From Calcarisporiella thermophila CBS 279.70 (Eukaryota; Fungi; Calcarisporiellomycota), in assembly GCF_041956535.1 (NCBI RefSeq), contig NW_027192201.1:346060-410059 (forward strand): a stretch of 64,000 bases of DNA. Direction: 5' to 3'. Each line of letters starts with the position of its first letter. The stretch's first letter is position 1. A model generated the notes under the pieces. The model ran no database searches, had not been told where the DNA came from, and saw only the letters and a program-made list of their open reading frames with translations. A program made the position numbers and the translations under genes. Shown here one piece after another: positions 52,830-64,000 of the stretch.

Positions 52830-53712
52830 ATGTTTGATTTTGAACGCCAAGTCTCTACAAGTCAAATCGTTCCCTCTTCGCAGCGCATTTCTCCTAATTA
52901 TCCTCAGATTAAGTTTAATCAGTTTGATACTTTTGCTCATCCTAGCTGCAATGAATTTAATTCAAAACTAGACAAAGGAACATTTAACAATCCAAAAATT
53001 GAAAGAAGTTTTGAGATTCGCCACTCAACTTGTTGCATTTCCCCCTACTCTAATTACGGATTTACAACACCAGAATCACAGGGACATCTTCAATATTATC
53101 AGTCGATATCTAACCTGAATTTTCGAACGGAGCTTAGCGTACGACGACTTTTAGAACTGAACTCGACGAATGAAGAAAATGAACCCGTTGTTATATTTGG
53201 TAGAGGAAAAGAGTTAAATAGTGTTTTGGATCATATGTAGTTTATTTAATGTACCTTTTCTTTAGCACATATTGTTGCAATCTATCCCCCTAAACATCAA
53301 AATTCATTCGAATTTGAGCTTAGCGACCTCGCACCTGCTTGCCCATCACTACGCTGTCATGTTTATCATAATAATGCGCAACTACTACGTAAAGAATTTG
53401 GCTTATATAAGCCGCCAGATTTACCAGTACGTGTTGTGGGCATCCTATGCAAAGATAAAGTACTTCGAAGTAATGAAATAAGACGGTAGGTAGGAATCCC
53501 TGTACACATTCTATTCATCTAAATTCCCTGGCGTATATATATATAGAGCAAAACCATTTGAAAAAGAATCGTTGCAGAGAGTAATAGACCAAGAACTAAT
53601 AGCGACAAGCCAATCAGCTAGGTATTCAAAAGTAGATATGAAAGAGGTTGAAGGCGAGGACGAATTTGAGATTGAACGGGAAAAAGAATGGCAGCTTTCA
53701 TATAATTTGTAA
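52830..53712 (+). CDS. OB-fold protein, SPATA22-like (3 exons; start uncertain)
   Basis: Spliced C-terminus VVIF|AHIVAI...FELSD...LRCHVY...VRVVG...IR|RAKPFEKESLQ follows the SPATA22 pattern. Confidence 0.55.
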
Positions 53713-53884
53713 ACATATCGATCCATCGCTTAAGAAAATCACTGAAATGTGGATAGAGGCTTTCTCCACATTTTTCGAGAATTAATCTACAATTTTTTGC
53801 CCAAATATTAACAGCTTTAGTATTTTTCTATATGAGATCAATCGAGACAAATTTATTAGACTATAAATGTATAGCTAAAAAAAT

Positions 53885-54886
53885 CTAATTAATCTCTTTG
53901 TATGGATATTCTAAAGTGCAATCCTTCCGTCTCCATAGTTTTTTTCTCTTTTTTGTGGTAACGTGTTCAGCCCAAACCTCTACACACTGTTCCTTTTTGA
54001 ATTTGCGTATGAAAGATGGATCCCTAATATATCTGGCAGTTAGAGTTGTTCTTCAAAAGGGTACAAATAAGAAGACTCACCATAGCTCACTTGCAATACC
54101 CAGATCCTTACAGCAACGCATTAGTGCATTACTTTTACACCCCTCTGCTGCAGTAGGAAGCCCCGATGGCTCAAAATAATCTTGCTCGCCGCGCGCTATG
54201 GATACAAATCGGCCATGGCACAAAAGTGCGTATTCCCGGGAAATATTTTTCGGGGTTACTGAGTGATCTCCTCGCGGTACCAAGCCCCATCCGCCAGGTC
54301 CAAAAGCGCGATTTAGAATTCGACGGTATTTAATTTCAGGGAGGTAGAGTAGGCCGTCTAAAATATATAAAATAACTTAATACCATTTCGCACAAGTACA
54401 TACTTTTAGTAGTATCATATACCTGGCTTGATCTCTACATCTTCTGGATTTACCGGCTCCATGAGAACATTTGCAACTTCGGATGGAAAAGGCTTAACAG
54501 AAATTCCATAGAAGGAATTGGACCAATCTTTTTGTTCGAAATTCAATGTCCCAAGTTCTGTGGAGGCAGGGAAAACTGTATCAGTATTATTGTCTGGATT
54601 GAGTTGATTTGATGTAGGAGAGGAATCAGAGGAGGAATTAGGCACGTTGGATTTGGATAAAATGCTATTTGAATTTGAATTGGACTCGGTGGAAGAGTTA
54701 GACGGTTTTGCGACGGTAGAAGAGGTGAGCTGTGCGCGAGACTAAATTGAAAACATAAGAGTATTTTCAAGGTAAAAATGAAATTTCATAATTGGTATAC
54801 CTGAAAAAAACGTATAGGTAGCGGCATCAGCCGTTTACTTAAGCGATTTAGTACTGAAGGCTGCATAACAAAATGGATGTTGACAT
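53885..54886 (-). CDS. MGM101: Mitochondrial genome maintenance protein (Rad52-like)
   Basis: [12 protein letters not shown]|[52 protein letters not shown]|DP. Confidence 0.95.
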
Positions 54887-55212
54887 AAAAGTTCTCTGTT
54901 ATCATTAATGTGGTCAAGACGATATTATAATGATATTGTGACTGTAAAAATCAGAAAATCTGATGTAATATGCACTGCATTCGAGTATATCGAGGAATTC
55001 GTACAGTTATTTTTCATCTATTTCCGATCGGTCGAGGCAAGCTCCTTAAGTATATCTATCAGGGGTAAAGGTGGACTTATTGACGCGCGAATAGGAAATT
55101 CAGTTTTCTGTTAAACAAAGTGGGCTATATTGAAAATTCCAGTAGATTAAAAGTCTTCCCCAGCAATCAAACTTAAAGAGGTCTTTGAGAAACATACAAA
55201 GTGACAATCATT

Positions 55213-55944
<732 letters not shown>

Positions 55945-56529
55945 CTGCTAATCCCGAATATCTATTTTCCTCCTTATATATTCTTGTGGATGACCAGTTC
56001 ACGGTCTGTCGCCCCAAGATGAGAAATTGATTCATTTTCTTTTTACTATCTCAAGTTTTTTTCTACTACACTTTCATCTGTCAACATTATCTATTATCCT
56101 CTTTCTAATTTCTAATGCTTTATTACTTTTAACAACTGGTATTTCACTTTAGTATTTCTTAAAGAAACTCCTTTCATCGTTGGAATAATTTATTTTGTAA
56201 CGAAATACATCCAAAAAAAGCAACATGGGAGAATATATTAAAATACAACGACAATTTAAATCCGCCAAATGAATCATCTTTAGTACAACAGGAAATAAAT
56301 ATATTAAATAGTAAAAGCACGTAGCAGTGGGTAGGGAGTGAAAGAGGAAGGATAAAAAGAGAAGAAAGAGCAGAGGGGTACGTAGAGCGAGATGAGTAAT
56401 GTAGGGGTAATAAAAAGTTGAAGACTAAGTATACTTTTAAAAGAGCGATGGTCCGCAAGAAAATAATGCCAGAATGTAAAAGAAATTTGGGAGATGGAAA
56501 TAAGTGAACTTCTCTTCAGCTGTTTAATT

Positions 56530-57770
56530 TCAATCAGTTCTCCATAGTTCCCTATTTCCCACATTTTCCACTGGCTGTTCATCTCTTTTTTGCTCATCCA
56601 TACCAAAAGCATCATTATCCTCTTCGACATCACATTTTTCTTTATCCTCCCAAGTGGGGCGTCGCATTTGTTGCCGAAATGCCTCTGCAATTAGTCGCGC
56701 ATCTAACGCGCTCAAAACTCGATTTGGCGTTGCTAAATCATCAGCTCGATCTTCAAGTCCATCACCATGCTGCTTCCCTGGTACATTGAAAACAGCATCT
56801 GTCCGTCCGTCAAAAGAATATCCATTTCCAGTAGATTTGGAAATGGGCGAATAATCAGAATCTTCATGCAGAAGATAGCCCTGAGATAAACCCCTAGGAG
56901 CACCCGAAATATCCGAAGACAGAGAAAGATGCCTGTCCCGCCTGATTCGTCGTAGAAGTAAAATGATTACCACCAATGTCGCAATTAAACAAGCTGCAGC
57001 ACCTGCGATTGTACCAACCATCCACGGCTCAAGAACATCATTTTTTGCAGCTGTGCGCGACTCTGAATTGTTTGATGTATTATTAGACGAATTATTGGAG
57101 GATGGCGACTCTGTTACAGTGATGGTAGGCTGCTGAGAATTGCTAACTGTCACTGTGACTGGAATATGAACTGATGTTATGAGCACTTTAGTTACTGGTT
57201 GCTGCAAGGTATTTGAAATAAAGAATGTCGGCCCATTATCTAATTGATGTTGACTGTCTAAATCGGGAATCGACAGCCTCCATACAAATTTTCTGGTAGC
57301 CGACACATTAGGTCTTATAACCGGCACCCAATCTGATGAGACATGCACATCTAGTGTTCCGTTATTACTAGTATCCCAGTCCTTCACTAGTTTAAATGTG
57401 TCTGCGGATAGGAGCTGAATCTTAACTTGCAGAGCATGCGAAATCCATGGATTACGATTATTCCATACAAATTGGTTAAATTTATCAGCCTCCCAAGTAT
57501 CATTCTCTTTTGGGAAACAAAAAATGTCAGTTGCAAGATCCTTACAAGCGGTATCATTTGCTATTTGAATTTATAAAAACATAAGAAAAAAATGTCAGCT
57601 ACCATGAGAATATACAAAAATATAATTTAAACGCGTTAAATCTATTCACCTTGACGAATATATAGACGGTCATTCTGATAAGCCATCGAGAAAGTGGATG
57701 TAAAAAAAGAGTAGAGAAAGAGCAAGATGATGAATGAACAAAATCTCCACTCGAAGTATAATCTGAACAT
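56530..57770 (-). CDS. Type I single-pass membrane protein, unknown function
   Basis: Signal peptide, Cys pair (ACKD..IFCFP), S/T/N-rich stalk, TM MVGTIAGAAACLIATLVVIILLL then RRIRR, tail DARLIAEAFRQQMRRPTW. Confidence 0.8.
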
Positions 57771-58344
57771 AATAAATTAATTATATATAATCTTATACTC
57801 GGAAAATGAAAGGCAAGAGAAAAATAATTAATAAAAGGGGGAAGGGGCGGTGGATGGAGAGATTGCGGGAAAATGATGGGTATTTTATTGGTATAATTAA
57901 CAGAGTATATAAAATAATGGTAATTAAAATGGGGAATTAGAAAGCTAATCTTAGAATAAAATAAGCCTTAACGATAATAATTTCTGTGGATATCACAAAA
58001 CTCGGAAAAGATTAAATTAGATAAAAATAGAAATACGACTCCAGTCGCCTAACTCGTGTTAAGCCACATTCGAATTAGAATATATAATAGGGAAATATAG
58101 TAGACGTATAGGAAAGAGTATAAAATTAAGCTATAACAACCCTTTATACCTTCTGTAATTTCAAAATAATCATATAACAAACGACAATTTTATCTTTCAG
58201 GTTTGGAATCTATTTCTGAGGTCGATCTGATTAGAATTATATTAAGGAGAGAGAGTTATAGTCGGATTCATGAAATGTTTAGGATAGCAAAGAACAAGAG
58301 ATGTGGTAAGACAGGTCGACTTATATAATAGCACGCTATGTTAG

Positions 58345-58373
58345 TTGTACTCTGAGAATTACTCAGAGTACAA
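58345..58373. repeat. Perfect 12-bp inverted repeat
   Basis: TTGTACTCTGAG-AATTA-CTCAGAGTACAA. Confidence 0.9.
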
Positions 58374-58443
58374 TTAGAACAAGAGATTTAAAAAAAAAAA
58401 ATCCAACTCCTTTTCGGTCCGAAAGCACAATTGAAAAGAAATT

Positions 58444-61400
58444 TTAACCAGCAACTATATGTAATATTAGGTAGGCAATGCTACCTATCAAACGAATTGC
58501 AGAAAGAACAACAACACTCCAAAGGACAATGGCTAAATAGGTATTCTAATAGTAGAGCGATTATGTTAGTCCAAAAGATGATACTGATAAAATAGCGATA
58601 GCTCATCCTACCGTATAATCTACACGGTCTGTAGCATCTAGAAAAAATAAGGAAAGGATGGCATTAGTAATCTTGCTAAATTGTGTAAAAAAAAAAGCCA
58701 TACTCTGTTGAATTCCAAAGCCAGTGAGCATAGTAATCAATACAACAAGAATCGCATTTGTCAAAATCCAGAACACAACTAACTGAGTTCTAAACGATCG
58801 ATAGTAATCTTCCCGTTTAGTCTTGTCATCACGGGCTTGTCTGGGCGGTTCTGCTTTACGACTCATTTCTGACATTGCCTCATCAAATGCCGCATCAATA
58901 TCTTTAGGCTCCGTTGGTAACGTAACATCCGCCGTATGTACACCATTCTCCTGTTTTGTGGTTTTCACCACACCTAAGTCGGTCGCCACAGTATCCCCTT
59001 TGGTTCCCCATGATATATCATGAGTGTTACAAAAAGCATAGATGTTAAGCACGTTGATGTAGGAGGGCATCATGAAAATATACTGAACGAATGATGTGAA
59101 CATGTGCCAAGGATCGAAATAGAGTAATGATGATAGGAAATATATGAAATACGTTAGAGCAAATGAAATGAGAATATCACGAAAGACTCCATTGCTTATA
59201 AGCGCAATAAACCGTTCAAATCCAGCCCCTGCAGTGGAGTCAACAGCAAGTTTTATACTCTGATAGGTGATATATATAGAGGCGAAAAGCATATATCCCA
59301 TGATTAGAGCAAAGAAGATCATAATGGCAGTGTAAGCCCATTTCGATCTATTGAAAAAAAAAAAGATGTATCAGTGAATTCTTATGCTATTGAATGCTAA
59401 TTTGGATGCTGTAATTGATTACCCTTGTGGTCGATTACCCAATGCCATTACAAACTGTATAATCAGCAGCATCAAGTACACAAAACTCAATACCTGTCGA
59501 ATAGTTGTTGCAACCCCTGAAGCAAATGGTGGGTTGGCAACTCGTTCTAGTGCGGACGCCAAGAAATAAAACGTAATGTAAAAATTCGCAGGCGCAAGCC
59601 AGGCAAATATGAGAGAGTAGAGCTGATAAAGGAATTCGATGTGTAGCAAAAGCAGACGAAATGCTGAGTGTCCGGTGCGGTAAATATCTGTAAAATGGCA
59701 AAGAGCATAAACAGCTGCAAAAAAGGAGCCATTAAGCCAGCGGCGACGTTGTGAGATGAACTCCGGTACGGAGTCAGGGACGTCTGTTTCTCCACGCGCT
59801 GATTTTACATAACGCAGCACCCATGCATCACGTTTCTTTGCAACTAGCTCAAAACATAAAATGCGGTCTTCTGCAAGGTACATATTTGCGGTGAAAACAT
59901 CCGCGTCCCCACCATGCTGGGTTTCACCTTTGAAATAAGAAGCAAGTGGGCCTTTACCGGTCTCATCATTTTGCAGAGCGATGTATCGATAGGCGGAAAA
60001 AGCGCCTGGTAATACAGATATGTAGCCGAAAACAGACTCGAGAGGTTTATCAAGAATATTCGACATTTTGTACTCGAAATTTTGCGCTGCAACGAGAGGA
60101 TTCAACAGGTTAACCCATACCTTGCCCTTCATCGCGACAATTTCCCCGCATGCACCACCGACATTCGAGTTGAGGTCGAAGGTCTTCCATATGTGATAAA
60201 TCGATGTATTCCCTGGTCGCGTACCAACATCCAATAATACACAAACATTAGGATTGAGCACAGGCCCAAACGCACTGAAAAACCATCGGTGGGAGTTGAT
60301 TTTTTTCTGGTTTTTTTCCTTGAGACAAAAGAGCATTTGTACAGGAACTAATTCAAGGTCTGCTCCTCTTAGTCTTAGATCCGGGTCAATAGAGATTTGC
60401 GTCGTAAACTAATATATCAAGCATTGGCAGTCAATCCATTTATACTAGATAATGACTACAAGATATTTATGTATCTATTTACCTCATAAATATGCGATGT
60501 TACTGGTTTTCCATTCACCACATTCTTTGCAACTCCGTCCTGGTAGACGCCCATTATCGAGAGCAAATTTAAAACCCGCGGATGGATCTTTGCGCGTCCA
60601 TCAGATATAATACATACAACAACTTTTTTCCATCCCTCACGCCCCCATGTGCGTGAGCGTTCACGAGTACAAAGGTGAGCTATATTCTTCATTACACCAT
60701 GCATTGTCCGGGCAAAAAGTATTTCGTCTTCCTAAGTATCAAAATGTCATTTGATTTAAGAATATTAAACGTGTGCATATAGTAGAGGTATTCAGTACAT
60801 TATACATCGTTATACAAATAAATAGCTCCGTGCTACGACCCATGAGAGCTTGACGTAGAGTAAGATGTTCCTTCATAAAATCATTTGGATCACAAGTGGC
60901 AGCAGAGTATCGCATGTGGGTAAACTCTTTTTCTTCCTTAAACTTGACCTTTTCCAAATAACGAGATGACACCGGACAGTCTAGTATTAAATTGCCTCCC
61001 GTCTGAAGATTTGGCGAGAAAATATCGTTATGAATTGAAATAGTAATTTTTTTTCAAATGGTTATTACTGTGCAAATATAATTGTACTCACCAGTTGAAC
61101 GCGCTTGACCGTTTTATAACGTCGAGGTTGGCGCCGCGGCGCCTCACCATAACGCAAAAAAGGAACGCTTGCTTCTGCAGGATAAATATCAACAGAGTGC
61201 GCAGGATTCTGTTGCTGGAAACCATATGGAGGATAAGGCTCTATATCTGGTACGCGTTCACTGTAGCCCTCAGGAGGATAGTCAGAGATAGGATGCGAGT
61301 CGTTAGCGTGGGAGATTGTGTGTTCGTCTATTGCATAAGGAGTGTGTGAAACTTGTTCGTAGTTTTGCGGGGGATATTCTTGTGGTTGTGAAGGGTAATC

Positions 61401-61502
61401 TTGAGATTGAGTCGGATAATCCTGGAGTGGATAGTCGTGGTGCGGTTGGTGTGTGTGAAAGCGATTGCGGTTTCCAGCCGAAGAAGCAGAAGAAGGGTAC
61501 AT
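58444..61502 (-). CDS. Chitin synthase, division 1 (class I/II)
   Basis: [66 protein letters not shown]. Confidence 0.96.
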
Positions 61503-61895
61503 TTTATCCAAATGAGATTTCTTTGACGCTCGCACCCTGAAGCTCAAAGAAGAGGGCCAAAACTATGGAAAAGAACTCAAGAAATTTAAGTCGATGAAAT
61601 TCACGCTTATGATTTCCTTAAAGGAAGGAAGAATATGAAGAGAAGATAACTATGAAGAGTGAAAAATTCTACCAAAATTGCATTTAATCAGTGCACAGCC
61701 ATAAACTCCGAATTCATCGGAAAGTTATTTTAAGTGTCGTCAACATATTTATCAAAATAGTATAATAAAATTAAGTGGTCTCATAAACTGAAATCACCTT
61801 TTCCAGCAAAATGATTTCGGTTGGTATGGAAAAAGAGTATATTTTGCCTTGTATTTACAATACAATGGCTAATGATTAGTGTATAGCTAACTAAA

Positions 61896-63799
61896 TTATT
61901 GTTCATAAGTGTCCAATTTGAAATGTTCGTCATTTTCGAAGCTGCTTCATTTCCTCCAAACTTTTACCAGAAGTTTCCGGCATAATAAAGTAGAGGAACA
62001 CCCAAAAGAGCGAGACAATACCTGCGTACAACCAGAACGTTCCTGACGCGGTGATGCGGAGCGTAAGAGTAAGGAAAGTAACGTTGATAATAAGATTGCA
62101 CACCCAATTGGTAGCTATTCAGGAAACCAGTGAATAAATATTCTTGTATGCATGATTCCGCACTATTTACTTACCGGTCGCAAAACTGGACGCCTTTCCA
62201 CGAATTCCTAATGGGAACAGCTCGCTCTGAACCAGCCACGGTATATTCCCCAGTCCAATTGCATAGGATGCCACATAGAAAACTAAGCTAACAAGCGCTA
62301 GCCAAGGACCCACGCTTGATGTATAAGGACAAGTGTCATAAAGCTCCACTCCTGCGTTCTTATCCACACACAAGTTGGTTACAACGCTGAATCCGCAGCG
62401 GGTGTCCTGTAGACACCGACCACAATTGGTCGCGTACGCAGCGCATGTGGACTGTTCCACTATGAGGCCTGAGATTAGTACGAATGCACCACCCATGACA
62501 GCAAGTCCAACTATCATTCCCCACATAGTAGAGAGAAGAAGTTTGCGCCTGCCGACTTTATCGAGGATAAGGAGAGCAACCACAGTCATAAGCATATTCG
62601 TTCCCGCAACCAAAATTGAGAACGACGTAGCACTTTGATTTGAGGAAAATCCAGCCATGCGCAGGATAGTGGCCTAATTTCGAAAAAAAAAATAATTAGT
62701 ATTAAAAAAACCTTTTTTTAGACTAATACTGTTGAAACTGACAGAATAATACATAGCGGTATTAAATCCACTCAGCTGCTGAAGTGCCTGTAAACTGCAC
62801 GCAACCAATAGGGAACGACCTTCTTTCCGGAAACAATCCAGATAGGTTGTAGCATCCTCTGCTCGCACCGCATCTTCAATTGCTTTGATTTCAGTAGATA
62901 TAAAGCGCTCTGATACCTCCTCTCCATATACTCGTTCCAATGCACTTCGAGCGAGCTTCACATTACCCTTCTTGATGAGGAAACGAGGACTTTCAGGGAA
63001 GAATGGAAGAACTATATTTATATGAGTATACCACTATTATTTCGTCAAATAGCCGATATTATGTGAGTATATAACATACTGAAAAGCTGAAGCAGAGCTG
63101 GAACTCCAGCAATAGCCATCATCCAGCGCCATCCATTTTGTACGTTGGTGAGACCAGTTGCGATCAGATAAGAAACCAGCTGTCCTCCAGTGATTAATAG
63201 GACATTCATAGTCACCAACTGACCACGCAGATTCCTAATATCATAAATATGTTAGAATATTATTGTAATAATAAAACAGGATGGGATATGAACTTGGGTG
63301 ATAACTCAGCTAGATATATAGGGACAATATGTGAGGCCAATCCTACGCCGAGTCCAATCACAAATCTCCCAGCTAATAATGCTTCGTAGTTTTGAGCAGC
63401 AGCCATGACTGCAGCACCAATAATAAACATAGCACTAGATAAAAGCGTCAATGGTTTTCTCCCAAATCGATCTGTCGAAGCACCAGCAGATACTGCTCCT
63501 ACGATCGCACCAACGTTGAAAGTGCCTCCCACCACCAACTCTTGCTGCACATGATTGAGCGAGAACTCTTGGGCTATGGGAAGAAGTGAACCGGCGACAA
63601 TGCCCGTGTCATATCCGAAGAGAAAACCGCCAAGAGCTACAGCGGTAACGACGAGCCAGGCGAACCCTGTGACACGCCTTCTGGGTTGTTCATCAGTGAG
63701 AAAGCAGTCATTGTCCTCATCTACCTTGCTATCTACCTTCACTCTCATGTCCTCCTCCACTTCTTCCTTGTTCATAGCGTCCAAGTTTTTGTTCGTCAT
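61896..63799 (-). CDS. Sugar porter, myo-inositol transporter-like
   Basis: GGFLFGYDTG, DRFGRK, PESPR, LQQLSGFNTAMYYS, DKVGRR, PETSGKSLEE; Cys-rich loop CAAYATNCGRCLQDTRCGF. Confidence 0.9.
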
Positions 63800-64000
63800 C
63801 AAGCTCTCAAGTTCGAGTGAAAGCTGCCTACACTCCGTTTGTGAGAAAAAGAAATTGGGCGAACTTTTTTTTTATACATCATCGAATTCTTTTTCCTTTT
63901 GGTTCTTTGCCCTTTGCTCCGAGTGTGTAACGGTAATTAATATTTCAATTGGGCCGAGAATAGATATTCGGGATATCCCAGTCAATAGTTAATTAACAAC

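Overview
Gene-dense, intron-rich eukaryotic DNA from an early-diverging fungus (chitin synthase, MGM101, PPG1, coilin, WDR62-like; probably Mucoromycota or Zoopagomycota, by inference). It contains about 33 mostly housekeeping protein genes, one tRNA-Asn(GUU) and two assembly gaps. The standout region is the ~2.9 kb upstream of the tRNA (about 38.6-41.5 kb). Five TG..CA elements resembling solo LTRs are stacked there, and each is followed by the same 4-bp AGTC, which also sits at -11..-8 of the tRNA. Two of these elements were each hit twice by 5'-truncated poly(A) retroelements (one with an L1/Tx1-like ORF2 remnant) with ~15-bp target duplications. These insertions share one orientation and lie about 62-67 bp from where the tRNA would have been. 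This looks like a layered record of two tRNA-gene-targeted retrotransposon classes, a Ty3-like one and a Dictyostelium TRE5-like one. Secondary candidates are an unannotated ~500-nt structured RNA behind a Homol-D box (25.8-26.3 kb), a membrane-anchored bacterial-type beta-glucuronidase, a SPATA22-like OB-fold gene and a secreted cationic protein. Multi-exon coordinates are manual reconstructions (start to stop).
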